Origin: Vicugna vicugna
Lineage: Eukaryota
NCBI GenBank assembly: GCA_013265495.1
Contig: MU063499.1
Coordinates: forward strand, 930,001-994,000
Reading direction: 5' to 3'
Length of the DNA: 64,000 nucleotides
Of this stretch, positions 36,501 through 46,940 are shown piece after piece. The stretch's first letter is position 1. Each line of letters begins with the position of its first letter. The notes beneath the pieces are model-generated. The model saw only the letters and a list, made by a program, of their open reading frames with translations, had not been told where the DNA came from and ran no database searches. The position numbers and the translations under genes are program-made.

Positions 36501-37933
36501 TCACAGCCGCTTCCATCCAGGCAGACGCCTTCAGCGGCAGCATCTCGCCAGCCACAGACACAGCAGCAGCAGCAGCAGCAACAGCAAGGCCTTGGGCTAC
36601 AACCCCCGCAGCAGGCCCCGTCACAGGCTCGGCTGCAGCAGCAGGGCCAGCCAGCTGCTCGGGGCCCGGCCCCTGCTGCCAGCCAGCCAACAGGGAAGCC
36701 TCAGCCGGGCCCCTCAACAGCCACAGGCCCCCAGCCAGCAGGACCGGTAAGTAGGGCTCCAGTACATGGACCCTCCCCAGGGTGAATGCTGGGACTGCAG
36801 CTGGACAGCTCCTTGGTTCCAGGCTGGGCATGAGCAGAGTTGACGGGGGGTAGCTCAGCTATTGGTTCTGTGTTGCAGCCACGGGCAGAGCAGGCAAACG
36901 GCTCTAAAGGGACTGCCAAAGCACCGCAGCAGGGGAGGCCTCCTCAGGCCCAGCCACTACCAGGACCTGGACCTGCAGGTGAGCCTACCCTTGGGCGCCC
37001 TTGCCTATGACCCAGAGTAGCTGGGCTGCCATCTCCCTACACTCACTGGCACCCTGAGCCCCCCTGCACTGCGTGCCCTCACTGCTCCCTGAGAACATGC
37101 CTAGTGGGCTGCAGGCCTCGCCAGTAGAGATGAGCCTGGGGTTAGAATGAGCCGGTGGAGTCACCAGCACTGGGGCCTTAGGGCCCAGGCAGCTCTGGGC
37201 AGGGAAGCTGGAAGGGACCGGGGAGCTCTTAACTCTCTCCTTCCTTTCCCTCTTCTCCTCTGCCTTCTCATCTTCCTCTGCCCTTTCCTCCCTTTCTCCT
37301 TTGTCTTCCTCAACTTCCTTTGTTCTGCTTCCTCCCACCCCTGTTCTGCTTGTTTTTAATCTTTCTTTCTTCATTCCTCTATCCTCCTCCTCAACCTCCA
37401 TCTCACAGGGTCCCCGTGTTCAGATTCCCTCGTGACTGCTCTCCCGCTCAGACCCTGAAGAGCCAGGCCAAGCAGCCTCATGATGATTTCTTTCTCCTTA
37501 GGTCTGAAGGCTGGAGCCAAGCCTGGAGGGACCCCAGGAGCTCCTACCGGCCCGCCAGGAGCCGACGGGGAGAGCGTGCTCTCCAAAATCCTCCCTGGTG
37601 GGGCAGCAGAGCAGGCCGGCAAGCTGACGGAAGGTATGCACTGCCTACAGCTGGGGCCATGGTGCATGGCTGCTCCAGGGCCCTACTCTGGCAGGGGTCA
37701 GGTCTGGGGAATGGTTCCGGGCCCCGTCACCCAGGCACGGGCCAGCCCAAGGGCCCACCTGCTGCTGCCTAGTCGTTCTCTGGGTGGTCCCTGCCCCTCC
37801 AGCTGAGCTTGGCTTCACTGTGCCAAATGGCCATGATTAGGAAGGAGTCTAGCCCAATTTTCTGTTGCTTCTCTCTCTTTTCTATTTCACAGCTGTGTCT
37901 GCTTTTGGCAAAAAATTCTCCTCCTTCTGGTGA
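3187..37933 (+). CDS. BSN: Bassoon presynaptic cytomatrix protein, coding exons 2-10 (exon 1 lies upstream of the window)
   Basis: Exons read by hand with GT-AG boundaries and consistent phases: 3187-3595 (partly N), 15532-16416, 23777-24223, 24669-31328, 33559-35635, ~35947-36746 (5' end in N run), 36879-36978, 37502-37633, 37893-37933 (TGA). The translation matches bassoon: two Piccolo-type zinc fingers (CPLCQAEL...CTTCKLQVCNLCGFNP...WLCLNC), coiled coils, and C-terminus AVSAFGKKFSSFW*. Confidence 0.98.
8110..8620 (-). mobile_element. L2 3' fragments
   Basis: Typical antisense L2 3' end (ctgagtgcttatgataagccaggaacagtcctcgacactggaga...). Confidence 0.55.
8734..8761. repeat. (AC)14 microsatellite at the end of an L1M 3' fragment (~8620-8725)
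   Basis: Read directly. The preceding atgccactgaatcaacacttaaaaatg is an L1M 3'UTR signature. Confidence 0.9.
9020..9335 (-). mobile_element. Old L1M 3'UTR fragment
   Basis: cttaaaagtcccattcagtgagctttgataaa...tcactcagcacagtggtttctgagctgcatcca pattern. Confidence 0.65.
9340..10550 (-). mobile_element. Fragmented L2 (internal ORF2 and 3' portions)
   Basis: Purine-rich L2-like strings (gaggcctgggaaatgacc..., gtcagttcagtggaggcctgagagg...). Confidence 0.5.
13990..15230. mobile_element. L2 3' fragments interrupted by an MLT1-type MaLR LTR (~14380-14730)
   Basis: L2 strings gatggaatccactagagggg...gtgacgtgctctgatttat and tttgagatcactgtggctgct; MLT1 strings ggctcatgtaactggaggtc and ctctggttggccctgttgacaaggtcacctgcccatccctg. 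Confidence 0.6.
15532..16416 (+). CDS. BSN: BSN exon 3 (end of zinc finger 1, linker, most of zinc finger 2)
   Basis: cctcag|GTG AAG GAG TGG (VKEWLCLNCQMQRALG) to PHLVE|gtaaga; 885 nt, phase 0/0. Confidence 0.97.
19770..19945 (+). mobile_element. MIR SINE
   Basis: cctggtttcctcccatgtggactg...ctgtgagaaccaggtgagatgct...tctaacacatagtcagccctc core. Confidence 0.6.
23777..24223 (+). CDS. BSN: BSN exon 4 (end of zinc finger 2, KASP heptad region)
   Basis: ttacag|AAA ACT GAG TGG (KTEWLCLNCQTKRLLEG) to KGGETE|gtcagt; 447 nt. Confidence 0.96.
24669..31328 (+). CDS. BSN: BSN exon 5 (giant 6660-nt exon: CC1, DLC- and CtBP-binding regions, CC2)
   Basis: tgctgcag|GAG CTG CCG GGC to GGLGSQ|gtatgg. One open frame of 2220 codons, in frame across N run 31013-31280. 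Confidence 0.97.
26958..27293 (+). other. BSN: Three dynein light chain (LC8/DYNLL)-binding motifs of bassoon
   Basis: ANYGSQTE (26958), AEFSTQTP (27186) and VAQGTQTP (27270) correspond to the established DLC sites. Confidence 0.8.
33559..35635 (+). CDS. BSN: BSN exon 6 (CC3 region)
   Basis: tctcag|GTG TCG GCG (VSALPPNGLVRKVKRTLPSPP) to CVVSDSE G|gtaat; 2077 nt, phase 0/1. Confidence 0.97.
35947..36746 (+). CDS. BSN: BSN exon 7 (His/Gln-rich, polyQ); 5' boundary inferred inside an N run
   Basis: Visible from 36092 (EPPEEGLWPHDEGG) to PQPAGP|gtaagt. The start is estimated from the recalled 49 aa (AYHLGQEETDW...) and the required phase. Confidence 0.9.
36879..36978 (+). CDS. BSN: BSN exon 8
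   Basis: gttgcag|CCA CGG GCA GAG (PRAEQANGSKGTAKAPQQGR...GPA G)|gtgag; 100 nt. Confidence 0.95.
37502..37633 (+). CDS. BSN: BSN exon 9
   Basis: ctccttag|GT CTG AAG GCT (GLKAGAKPGG...KILPGGAAEQAGKLTE G)|gtatgc; 132 nt. Confidence 0.95.
37893..37933 (+). CDS. BSN: BSN exon 10 coding part (stop codon); the exon continues to 37947
   Basis: tttcacag|CT GTG TCT GCT TTT GGC AAA AAA TTC TCC TCC TTC TGG TGA; donor gtgagt at 37948. Confidence 0.95.
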
Positions 37934-38316
37934 CCATGCCCTGCAGGGTGAGTATGAACTGCCTATACCCAGTTTCCCCCTGGGAAAGGCATGAGGCGCT
38001 CCTGTGGGGGCCCTGCAGGGTCTTCTGGGAGGACTGTAGTCTTCAATAGCGGATGATGTGGCCAGAGCTGCAGTGTCCTTCCTATGAGTGTGGTAGGAGG
38101 AGGAGGAAAAGAAGAGACACTGTGCACAGAGGCCCCATTATGGGGCCAACTCAATAGAGATCCCTAGCAAAGGGAAGCCAGGGCCAATGATCCCTTGTCC
38201 TTCTCCACCACCCTGAGCCCCCACAGAGCTCTCATAGCTATGAGTTGACATTGGGTTATAGGTGGGGCCCCCTATGATGCAGCTCCTTCCAGCCCTCCAC
38301 TGTAAATACTCCACAG

Positions 38317-38409
38317 GCTCTTGAAGAAATGAAAGGAGATGATATTATTGCTGTGGAAAAATCTCTGGAGTCAGAGGCCTGGGCGCAGCTCTGGACTCTG
38401 CGTATAACA
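38317..38409 (+). other. BSN: Candidate non-coding BSN exon 11 (3'UTR)
   Basis: Acceptor actccacag|g and strong donor aca|gtaagt, 93 nt apart, after the donor at 37948. Consistent with my recollection of a 12-exon human gene. No transcript evidence is available. Confidence 0.6.
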
Positions 38410-39324
38410 GTAAGTATCAGGACCAGGGTGGGGGTGGGACCTGGCCTGGCTGACCAAACCCACCCAGTTCCTACAACGAGGAGGGGCCTGTTGGGCTTCC
38501 TGCAGCTGGGATGGGCCCAGCAGCCACTTGGAAGGCAGAGACAACTCAGCTGGCTGAGGTGACTCCAGTAGTAACCTTGGGGAAGGGCCCAAAAAAGCCA
38601 ACCACACCCAACTAGGGGTCTGTATGCCAAGAACTGATTCAAAGCCTCATCCCTGAGGTCTGGTACAGTAGCTTTGCTCCAGACATTCAAATGAAGCCAG
38701 AACCCCCAAACCCTGCCGAGCTTAGCAGCCCTTGGTGTGAAGTCAAGATACTATTGACTCAAGACCAGCAAGAAAGAAAAGCAGAATGATTGGAGAGGCA
38801 GACAGGAAAGGGACAAAGAGGACAGGGAGGCACTTGGACAGGAGGATCCAGACCAGGTCAGCCCAGGGAGAGAGTGGAAGAGCCTCAGGATGGCTCTGTC
38901 TGGGCTGCAGTGGCCAAGGCAGGATCAGAAGCCTCTGCCTAGAGCCTTCTCTGGCCCTGGCCCTGCCTCTGTGGGTGAAGGAGGAAGTGGTGCATCATCA
39001 AGGATGGCAGGGAGGAGAGCCTGGTTACTGGCACTGCTCTGCACACAGCCAGGTACCACATCTTCCCGTTCCATAGCCTTGGGGCCCTCCTCCTGCCCCT
39101 TCTTTGCCATTTCTAGGACTAAGAGTATGGAGGTTTGGGTGTTTCTCATGGTGGACAGGCATGTGTGTGGTAGGCCCCAGCATTCAGCAGGCAAATCACC
39201 AGGGAGCGCTGGGGCCAGCAGAGGTCCTTGCTCAGGCCAGGCCTGCTTGTGGGAAGGAGTTGGGTATAGTGTCAAGAGGGCCACCTGTCTCTGCAGGACC
39301 AGTGAGGGTGCTGGAAAGGCCCAG

Positions 39325-39820
39325 TTTTCTATCCATTTATTCAGCAAATGTTTGTCAGGCTCTAGGTGGGTGCTGAGCCCTGTTCCAAGTGCTGGGGATA
39401 TAGCAGAGAACAAGACCAAGTCCCTGCCCTCTGAAGCTGATAGTCCATTAAGAGAGGCAGAGAGCAAATAAGTTAAAAAGAATTACTTTACAAGGTAATT
39501 TCTGAAGATAATAAGTGTTCTGAAGGCAGGGAAGCAGGATTATGGTGGAAGGGTCTACTCTAAAGAAAGTGGTCAATACCAGGTAAAGCTCAAGGGAGGA
39601 GAAGAGGCTGCTGTGGGAGGTGCCCACGGAAGGGAACAGCACCAACGGAGGCTCTGATGACACAGGTAGGCCTCAGGGACAGACAAAAGGCCAGCAGAGC
39701 CAGAGCCACAGAGGAGGGGAGGTACGGTCAGGGGTGAAGTCAGAGGGGGCGTGAGCCAGCTGAGTTGGGCTTTGTAGGCAAAGGTAAAAGAGCCCAGAAT
39801 TTATTCTAATTACAGTAACC
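39325..39820 (-). mobile_element. L2 3' end in the BSN 3'UTR intron
   Basis: tccatttattcagcaaatgtttg...tgagccctgttccaagtgctggggatatagcagagaacaagacc... Confidence 0.75.
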
Positions 39821-41882
39821 ACAGTGCAGCACCCCAGCATTCTTCCTTCTCTCACCCCACGACAGTGGGCTCCCTACCGCTTTCCCACTTAGCCAGATGT
39901 TTCCTCTGAGCCGCCCTGGAACAGATGTGAAATTAGAAAGAGTGTTGAAGGGAGGGGAAGGAGGGGCAGCCCATGGGCCAGGTCCATGGCAGGACCCACC
40001 TTGGGTTTAGGGCCAGGGCTGTGTCACTGGGGAGGGAAAGGAACCCCTGGTGTGGCTTTGTTCCATGTCCTGCCACATGATGTGTGTGGGCCATGGAGAC
40101 CACTAACTTTGTAGTTAAAAGAATCTCCCTCGAGTTCTGGCATTTGGCTGATGATTGGGCCAAGCGGTCATTGCTTCTGTGAGTGTCCATCTCCTGGTGT
40201 CTTTTGTGGAAATTTCAGAAGTGGGTTGGGAGGGGCTTGCCATTTTAAACAAAATTTTATCTCCCTCATTTTTAAGAGAAACAAAAAGCATCATGTATTA
40301 AAGAAATGGCCCTTCCTGGCCAGCCTGATTCTTCTTTCTTCCTGACTTTCTCTTTGTGACCTCAAACCTGCCTAAGCACCCATCTCCCCATGCCTCAGTC
40401 TGGTGGGATCCTGTAGGTGCGGAGGCGCTAGGCCGTCAGCACGGGGCAAACAGCTGGGAGGAGCATGAGTGGGAAGCAGCTTCCACAGTTCTTGACAAAA
40501 TCCTTCTGTCTTTCCTTCTTTCCTTCCCCCTCCCTCCTGCCCTCCTCCAAGCATCTACAATCTGACAAACCCTTGGCCCAAAGACTCACACCAGGTGGGA
40601 CGTGGCAGGTGGGCCTCAGTTGAGGACAGGATGTTTTCTAACAGCAGCTGCCGGGGTGAAGCATCTGCTGGAGAAGTGGGACCACTGGCCTGGGGCCACC
40701 TGGGAGTGTCTTTTCAGAGACCCTGCTCTCCTCAGGGGGCCGCCTTCAAGGCATAGCCATCGCTGGGAGGGAGGAACCGTCTCGGGAAACCCTGCCATTT
40801 GGTGGTCCTGCTGTTCTTTCCACAGCCGCCTCTCTGCAGCCTGGCCAGCCAGGCTTCTAATGCGTTATACGCAGAGTTTGGGCGCACGCTGCCTGTTTCT
40901 GATGGACGTCGCCCTCCCTCCACAACGCCAGAAGTTTTTCCACAGCCTTGGAGAGGGGCTTTGACTGAGGGCTGGGGGCCCCGGGCTCCGTTTCCTTCAC
41001 ATTCCAGCTGGCCCGGATCCCTCTGTGGCCACAGGGCCCTGCTCCCCTCACCCTGCCCTCTGGGTGACACCGGAGCAGACTTCTGTGTGGCTAGCGTGGT
41101 TTTGGGAGAACTTTAAAACATTAGGACCTAACACTGTCTCATCGCTGAAATAAGAGGCCATAGCACCGAAAAGCAGCGTGGACGCCGGCTGAGGCTTCTC
41201 CCAGCCCATGGGTGGCCGCGTGCTAGCACACCCGCCACCATCTTCAAAGCCATCCCCCCAGTCATCATGAGCATCCCNNNNNNNNNNNNNNNNNNNNNNN
41301 NNNNNNNNNNNNNNNNNNNNNNNNNNNNNNNNNNNNNNNNNNNNNNNNNNNNNNNNNNNNNNNNNNNNNNNNNNNNNNNNNNNNNNNNNNNNNNNNNNNN
41401 NNNNNNNNNNNNNNNNNCTTTACTCTCTTCTCTCTCTCGGCTCAGCTCCTTGCCTCTCCCCTCCACCACCACCTTGTGACTGAAGGTTTGGTTTCCTCTC
41501 TGCTCTGTCCCTGCTCAGCACAGGGAGAATGTTGACTTAGAAGCAATAGTGGGCAGCAGGCCACCAAGAGCACAACCCCAGGGCGGGGTCTAGGGAGGCC
41601 CCTCAGCCCGCCTCTGTTTACCGTGCAACTCCAGTCCTTCTTAAGCCATCACCAGTGGACGTGCTCAGAGCAGAGGGGCTAGGGCTTCTGCCAGCCGACG
41701 GAAGGGCCCAGAGCCCTGCGTTGGGGAGTGTGGCACCATCCATCCACCCGGTGGACTGGGCGGTGGTCCCTCCCAAGGCCCTTCCCTTGGGGACCTCCCT
41801 TCATCTTGGGCACAGCCGCAAGTCTCATCTCTAACGTTCTATGCAATGAAATATAAACCCTCAAAGACAACTGTTAATATTT

Positions 41883-41888
41883 AATAAA
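41883..41888 (+). terminator. Candidate proximal BSN poly(A) signal AATAAA
   Basis: Hexamer in an AT-rich island midway along the UTR, followed by a GT/T-rich stretch (ttccatgttatgtat). Confidence 0.4.
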
Positions 41889-44117
41889 TTCCATGTTATG
41901 TATAAGGAGTTAATTGCAAATCTGCAATTGAGAAACTGGATAGATATGCTCATATCAAACCCCTCACCTCCCCACCCACCCTGCCCCTNNNNNNNNNNNN
42001 NNNNNNNNNNNNNNNNNNNNNNNNNNNNNNNNNNNNNNNNNNNNNNNNNNNNNNNNNNNNNNNNNNNNNNNNNNNNNNNNNNNNNNNNNNNNNNNNNNNN
42101 NNNNNNNNNNNNNNNNNNNNNNNNNNNNNNNNNNNNGACCCCTTTGCTTGGAGTTCTTTTTGTCTCAGAACCTCTCCTTCAGGAGTTCTTCTAGCTGACT
42201 TTTGCACGAGCTAGTGAGGACCCACTGAAATTGCTGCCCGAGCATGCCAGGCCATAGGCCAGGCAGTGCAAGGCACCACACACCTTGCCGGTTTCTCTGA
42301 CCAAGATGTCTCTGGAGTAGACGTGCTGGTGGGAGCCTGCACAGGATGTGTGTGCATGAACATTCAGAAGGTTTGCTGTAGGATTTCCATCTGTAAGTCT
42401 TTCCCCCTCTTACACAAGCCCTGAGCCAGAGACTTCTGGCCACCCCTTCCTAGCGAGGCACTGCTCAAGGGCAGAGCTGGGCTGCATCTGTAGTCAGAAA
42501 GACAGGCCACGGGCAGAGCCTGGCTGTGTCCTGGGACCCCAGCTCCTGACTGCACCTGCTCCCTGCCTCTCCTCTCTGGCTGGGAGGCTCAAAGGTCTGT
42601 GATCCAGGAGATCTAGGCTGGGGCCAGAGGGTCAGGGAGTGTTCAGGAAGAGTTGGACCTTTGGCATTTGTGGTGAGGACAGCTGACAGTATCATCTTGG
42701 ACTGGAGTGAGTGTTCACATAGACCGTGGCTCAAGCTGAGTTTCTTGGGAAGCTTCTCAATAACAAAACATACAGAAGATTCTGTTGTGACACTCTGCAT
42801 CTGTCCCCAAGACCCAAACTCCCTTCCAGCCCCCGTCTCTGAAGCCTAAGTATCCCATTGCTCATTAGCTTCTCTACAACTGAGCCAAGAGGGCAGCAGG
42901 TGGCAGCTGCCTGACCTCTCCAGGCCCGGCCTTCCTCCAGAGTGCTCTGGTCTGTACCATGCAGTTCTCAGGGGTCCACGTTTCTCATGCTTTCCTGTAA
43001 GATCTACACACCCTTCAGAGGGATTCTGGCCCACCTCTGGTAGTCGTGGATAAGATAGGAGGCTGTCAACCCCCGTGTTGGGCCCAAGACCCTGTCCTTT
43101 GGGATTTGGGCTTCACCCATCCCATGGGACACCTGCCTCATCCCAGAGATCAGGCTTGGGCTGGATGAGGCCATCTGTGTAAGGGCTGAGGGAGTCCACC
43201 ATCCAGCACCTCGGACCACCCAGGGCTCAGTCTGTATGGAGATGTGCCTAGTGGCTGGATACGTTGGGGACCAAGGCAGTGATCCTTCCCACAAAAGGCC
43301 AAGGGATGAGGCCAGGAGCAGGAAACAGGCAGGGAGATGACAGCAGGTCAGCCTCAAATGTTGACTTTCCAGCAAATCTCCTTTCTGGCCAACCTCTCTG
43401 ATTTTGAAATTTCTGACATCTGCCACTCCCTACCCTGCAGTGTACTCACAGGACACATCTGTACCCATCACCCCTTGTGAAGGTGGCTGGAGCAGGCCTC
43501 TGGGCCACAGGTGTCCTGGCCCTTGTGTAGATACTGCTGTGGCCAGAGGCTGAAGGACTAGGATTTGGTGCCTTGGGCAGTGGGGAGCATTGAGCACATC
43601 TCTACGTGGGCAAGGCGGTCTCTGGGATGCACTATAGACCTTCTCCACAGCTCCCCACCCCCAGTGTCATGAGCAAGGGCACTGCCTCCCCTGTCCACTT
43701 CAGGGCCCAGTGTATCCACTTCACAGTGACACCTCCCTTCCCCACCATCCACTTAGTCCTTGGGAAGAGAGTGTGGTCTCAGGGCCTATGATGAGAGGGC
43801 AGCAGTGGCAGCAACTATGGCCTGTCTTCTGGAGCCTGTGGGGAGTTTTCCAGGCAGATCCTTTGCCATGGCAGCAGGGTCCTGGCCTGTCTGCCCCTCC
43901 CCTGCCATCATGCTCCCAACCCCCATTCTGTAAATACGCATCATCATGGACTCCAACAGGGTCAGGGGGACAGGCCTGATGAACTGAAACTCCTCAGAGA
44001 TATCATTTCTGTCTCCCTGGGTAGCAGCAGCCCTGCTGCCATGTGCACTGGGGTGGCACTGGAGAGCCATGGAAATTGTGAGCTATTGTGTGTGTATGCA
44101 TGTGAACAAGTGTGTGA

Positions 44118-44159
44118 GTGTGTGTGCGCGCGCGTGTGTGTGCGCACGTGTGCGCACGT
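44118..44159. repeat. 42-bp perfectly alternating purine-pyrimidine (TG/CG/CA) tract
   Basis: gtgtgtgtgcgcgcgcgtgtgtgtgcgcacgtgtgcgcacgt, read directly. Confidence 0.9.
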
Positions 44160-45079
44160 CTGCCTCATTTGGCCTCTGGGATCAAATCAGCTCCTTCTCT
44201 CTAAGTGCAGTGCCCTGGAGAGTGGTGGCTGCCCAACGCCTTTCCTCTGCTAGCTTCCATGTCTTGTTTTTGCTTTCCCCTCNNNNNNNNNNNNNNNNNN
44301 NNNNNNNNNNNNNNNNNNNNNNNNNNNNNNNNNNNNNNNNNNNNNNNNNNNNNNNNNNNNNNNNNNNNNNNNNNNNNNNNNNNNNNNNNNNNNNNNNNNN
44401 NNNNNNNNNNNNNNNNNNNNNNNNNNNNNNNNNNNNNNNNNNNNNNNNNNNNNNNNNNNNNNNNNNNNNNNNNNNNNNNNNNNNNNNNNNNNNNNNNNNN
44501 NNNNNNNNNNNNNNNNNNNNNNNNNNNNNNNNNNNNNNNNNNNNNNNNNNNNNNNNNNNNGTTTCTGAAACGGGAAGGCTTAGCCAGAGGAACAAATCCC
44601 CAGGCTGTGACAATCCTGTCTCTTCACAGTTAGGGAAAAGGCAAAGGGGCAGAAGTACTGGCAAGGCCCTGGCTGAGTTTACACCAATCTGTCCAAAGAC
44701 AATGGGCCCCTCCACAAAGTGCCCCAGGACAGGTCCAACATTTGGACCAGGAGGGAGCAGTTAGCTCGCTGCTGGAACTGTTGAGATACGGTGTCTCCTC
44801 CGCCTGTGGGTGTCCGGGCTGCACAGCTTTCTGGGGCCTGGTCCCGGGAAGGAGGTGAGTGGGTGCTGCCCCCTGGTGTTGCCAACAAGCCCTACACCTA
44901 CCTGCCTTGCTGTGTGCCCTCCAACCCCCAAACTCTGGGGAGCTACTAGGTCTTAGCTCTTCCCCAAGACCGGAGAGCCTCCTTACCAAAGTAACCCAGA
45001 GTTGCTAGAAAACTTGAAAGACACAGGTAAATGAAAAGAGGATCAGCCTCATCTCTGGCCTTTCCCCGAATTAATATCT

Positions 45080-45345
45080 TGATGCATGTCCTTCCTATTT
45101 GTGCTTTTCTTTTTCATTTTAAACAAAAGCCAGAAGGTACAGTATCTTCTGCTTTCTAGCCTCCTGTTTGTTTCTACATGTTCATGCAGTACTTAGATGT
45201 TCATACTCCAATGCTCAGCCTCCAGAGAGCTGCATTATGAGTTTACAGCCAGTCTACTGCACGTGCCCTGAAGGACAGGCACCATGTTCCCAGTTTTCCT
45301 GTTATAAAGAACGCTGAGGAATATCCTAGTTTCCCACTTTCCACC
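45080..45345 (-). mobile_element. Old L1M (L1ME-like) 3' fragment between BSN and APEH
   Basis: gttcccagttttcctgttataaagaacgctgaggaatatcct pattern. Confidence 0.5.
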
Positions 45346-45899
45346 CAGATTGGTGGCTCGGGCCACTCTTTCTGCTCCCAGTTCTGGCCTTAACAGTCCT
45401 GCACACACCAGACACTCACAAATACAAGTGGCCTCAGAAAGTGGAAACTGTTTTTACTTAACTAGTCCGATGTGGTTCATGGGGAAGGGGAAGCCTCAGG
45501 CCAGTCAAGTAGGATCTCACTCAAAGGCTAGGCAGGGCATATGGAGTCAGAACCCTGAGGTATGGAAGACCAGCCAGTCTCAGGGTATACGGAGGATGGG
45601 ACATCAATGCTGTCCTGATAGCTGCCCAGTCTCTCCTGCCCTCTTCTGGCAACATAACCCACCCAGTCCAGTGCCACAGTGCCCAGGGAGCCTGCCTGCC
45701 CAGGTTTTTCTTTCCACAGGAAGCTCCCTGGTTCTGGGTGGAGCCTGACCCCACCAAGCCCTCTGCCCCAAGAGCTTGGGCTGAGGCCTGGGGAGGCAGA
45801 GGCCCTTTTGCTCACGATCCCAGCAAGGTGCCACTGAGCGGGGCGGGTGATGGCTGCTGGAACAGATAGCTTCTGGAGTAGGCCTGGTGGCCGATAAAA

Positions 45900-46940
45900 C
45901 CAGGCAACACCCCTGTGAACTTGGCACCGTCCTTTGCCCCACACCCCAGAGTTCCGCGCGCTCGGCCGGGAGCGCACCTCCGCCCTTCTTTTCTCGTTGG
46001 CCTGAGAGCCCCTCCAGAGCAGGGCCTGGAACCATCTGGTGAATGTTTGCCTTGTAATGGACCAGAAGGACCGACAGTCAGCCTCCGGGCTGCGGGAGAT
46101 CTCTGCTGGGGATGGCATCGGCTCGCACCCCGCTCCTCAGGCCCCGCCCCTCATCTCTCGACTTTACTACCCTCGCTGGACTCAGTCCTGCCCCGCCCCG
46201 CCTCAAGTCCTCGAAGAGCCCTTGGTCCGCCAGGCTCTCAGGCCCCCACCCGCCCCCCGATTGCTTAAGACCCACCCCCGTCGCGCCTCACCCCCTTTCC
46301 CGTGGGCCCTGTTGTTCCTCACGGGCCTCCCCCCTCCCTAAAGACCCACTCTTTATTCTGTTTCCACAGCGCAACCCCTTCTCCTCGGAAATCCCATTCC
46401 CGCCGCTCCCAGTAACAGACATGGGAATTGGCCCAAAGAGCCCTCCTCCCACCGACCTAGTTCGCCCCAAAAGGACTCGCTCCTTCCCTTCAGGACTCTG
46501 GGCCGCAGCTCCTTCTTCCTCCCAGGCCCCACCCCCTTCCCGTAGAAGCCCCGCCCCCTGCTAAGGGTCCTCGCTCATTCGTCGAAGGTCCCGCCCCGCT
46601 CACTAAGCGGCGAGGCCGCGACGGAGACAGGCGGGGCCGCTCTCGGCTCCGCCCCTGGAGTCTCACTTCCGGGCGCCAGCCCGTAATACCACCCGGACCG
46701 CCCAGGGCTAACATGGAGCGGCAGGTGAGGGATCGGCTCGCGGTTCCCGTGGTCGTTGCAGCCCGGGCTGGGCCTGACCCTCGTGTGTCCCCTGCGCAGG
46801 TGCTGCTGAGCGAGCCCGAAGAGGCGGCGGCGCTGTACCGGGGCCTTAGCCGCCATTCCGCGCTGAGCGCCGCCTGCCTGGGCCCGGAGGTCACCACGCA
46901 GTACGGGGGCCACTACCGGACGGTGCACACTGGTGTGTAT
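45900..46940 (+). promoter_or_regulatory. APEH CpG-island promoter
   Basis: High CpG density, several GC boxes (ccgccc, e.g. near 46550, 46591, 46649) and an ETS motif CACTTCCGG at 46664-46672 about 40 nt before the ATG. No TATA box seen. Confidence 0.8.

Larger units (their letters stand above)
39866..44560 (+). other. BSN: BSN terminal 3'UTR exon (both boundaries approximate)
   Basis: A polypyrimidine tract plus cag at 39841-39865 (alternative AGs at 39892 and 39896) follows the intronic L2. The next ~4.4 kb has no obvious interspersed repeat. The distal poly(A) signal is probably within N run 44283-44560. Confidence 0.6.
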
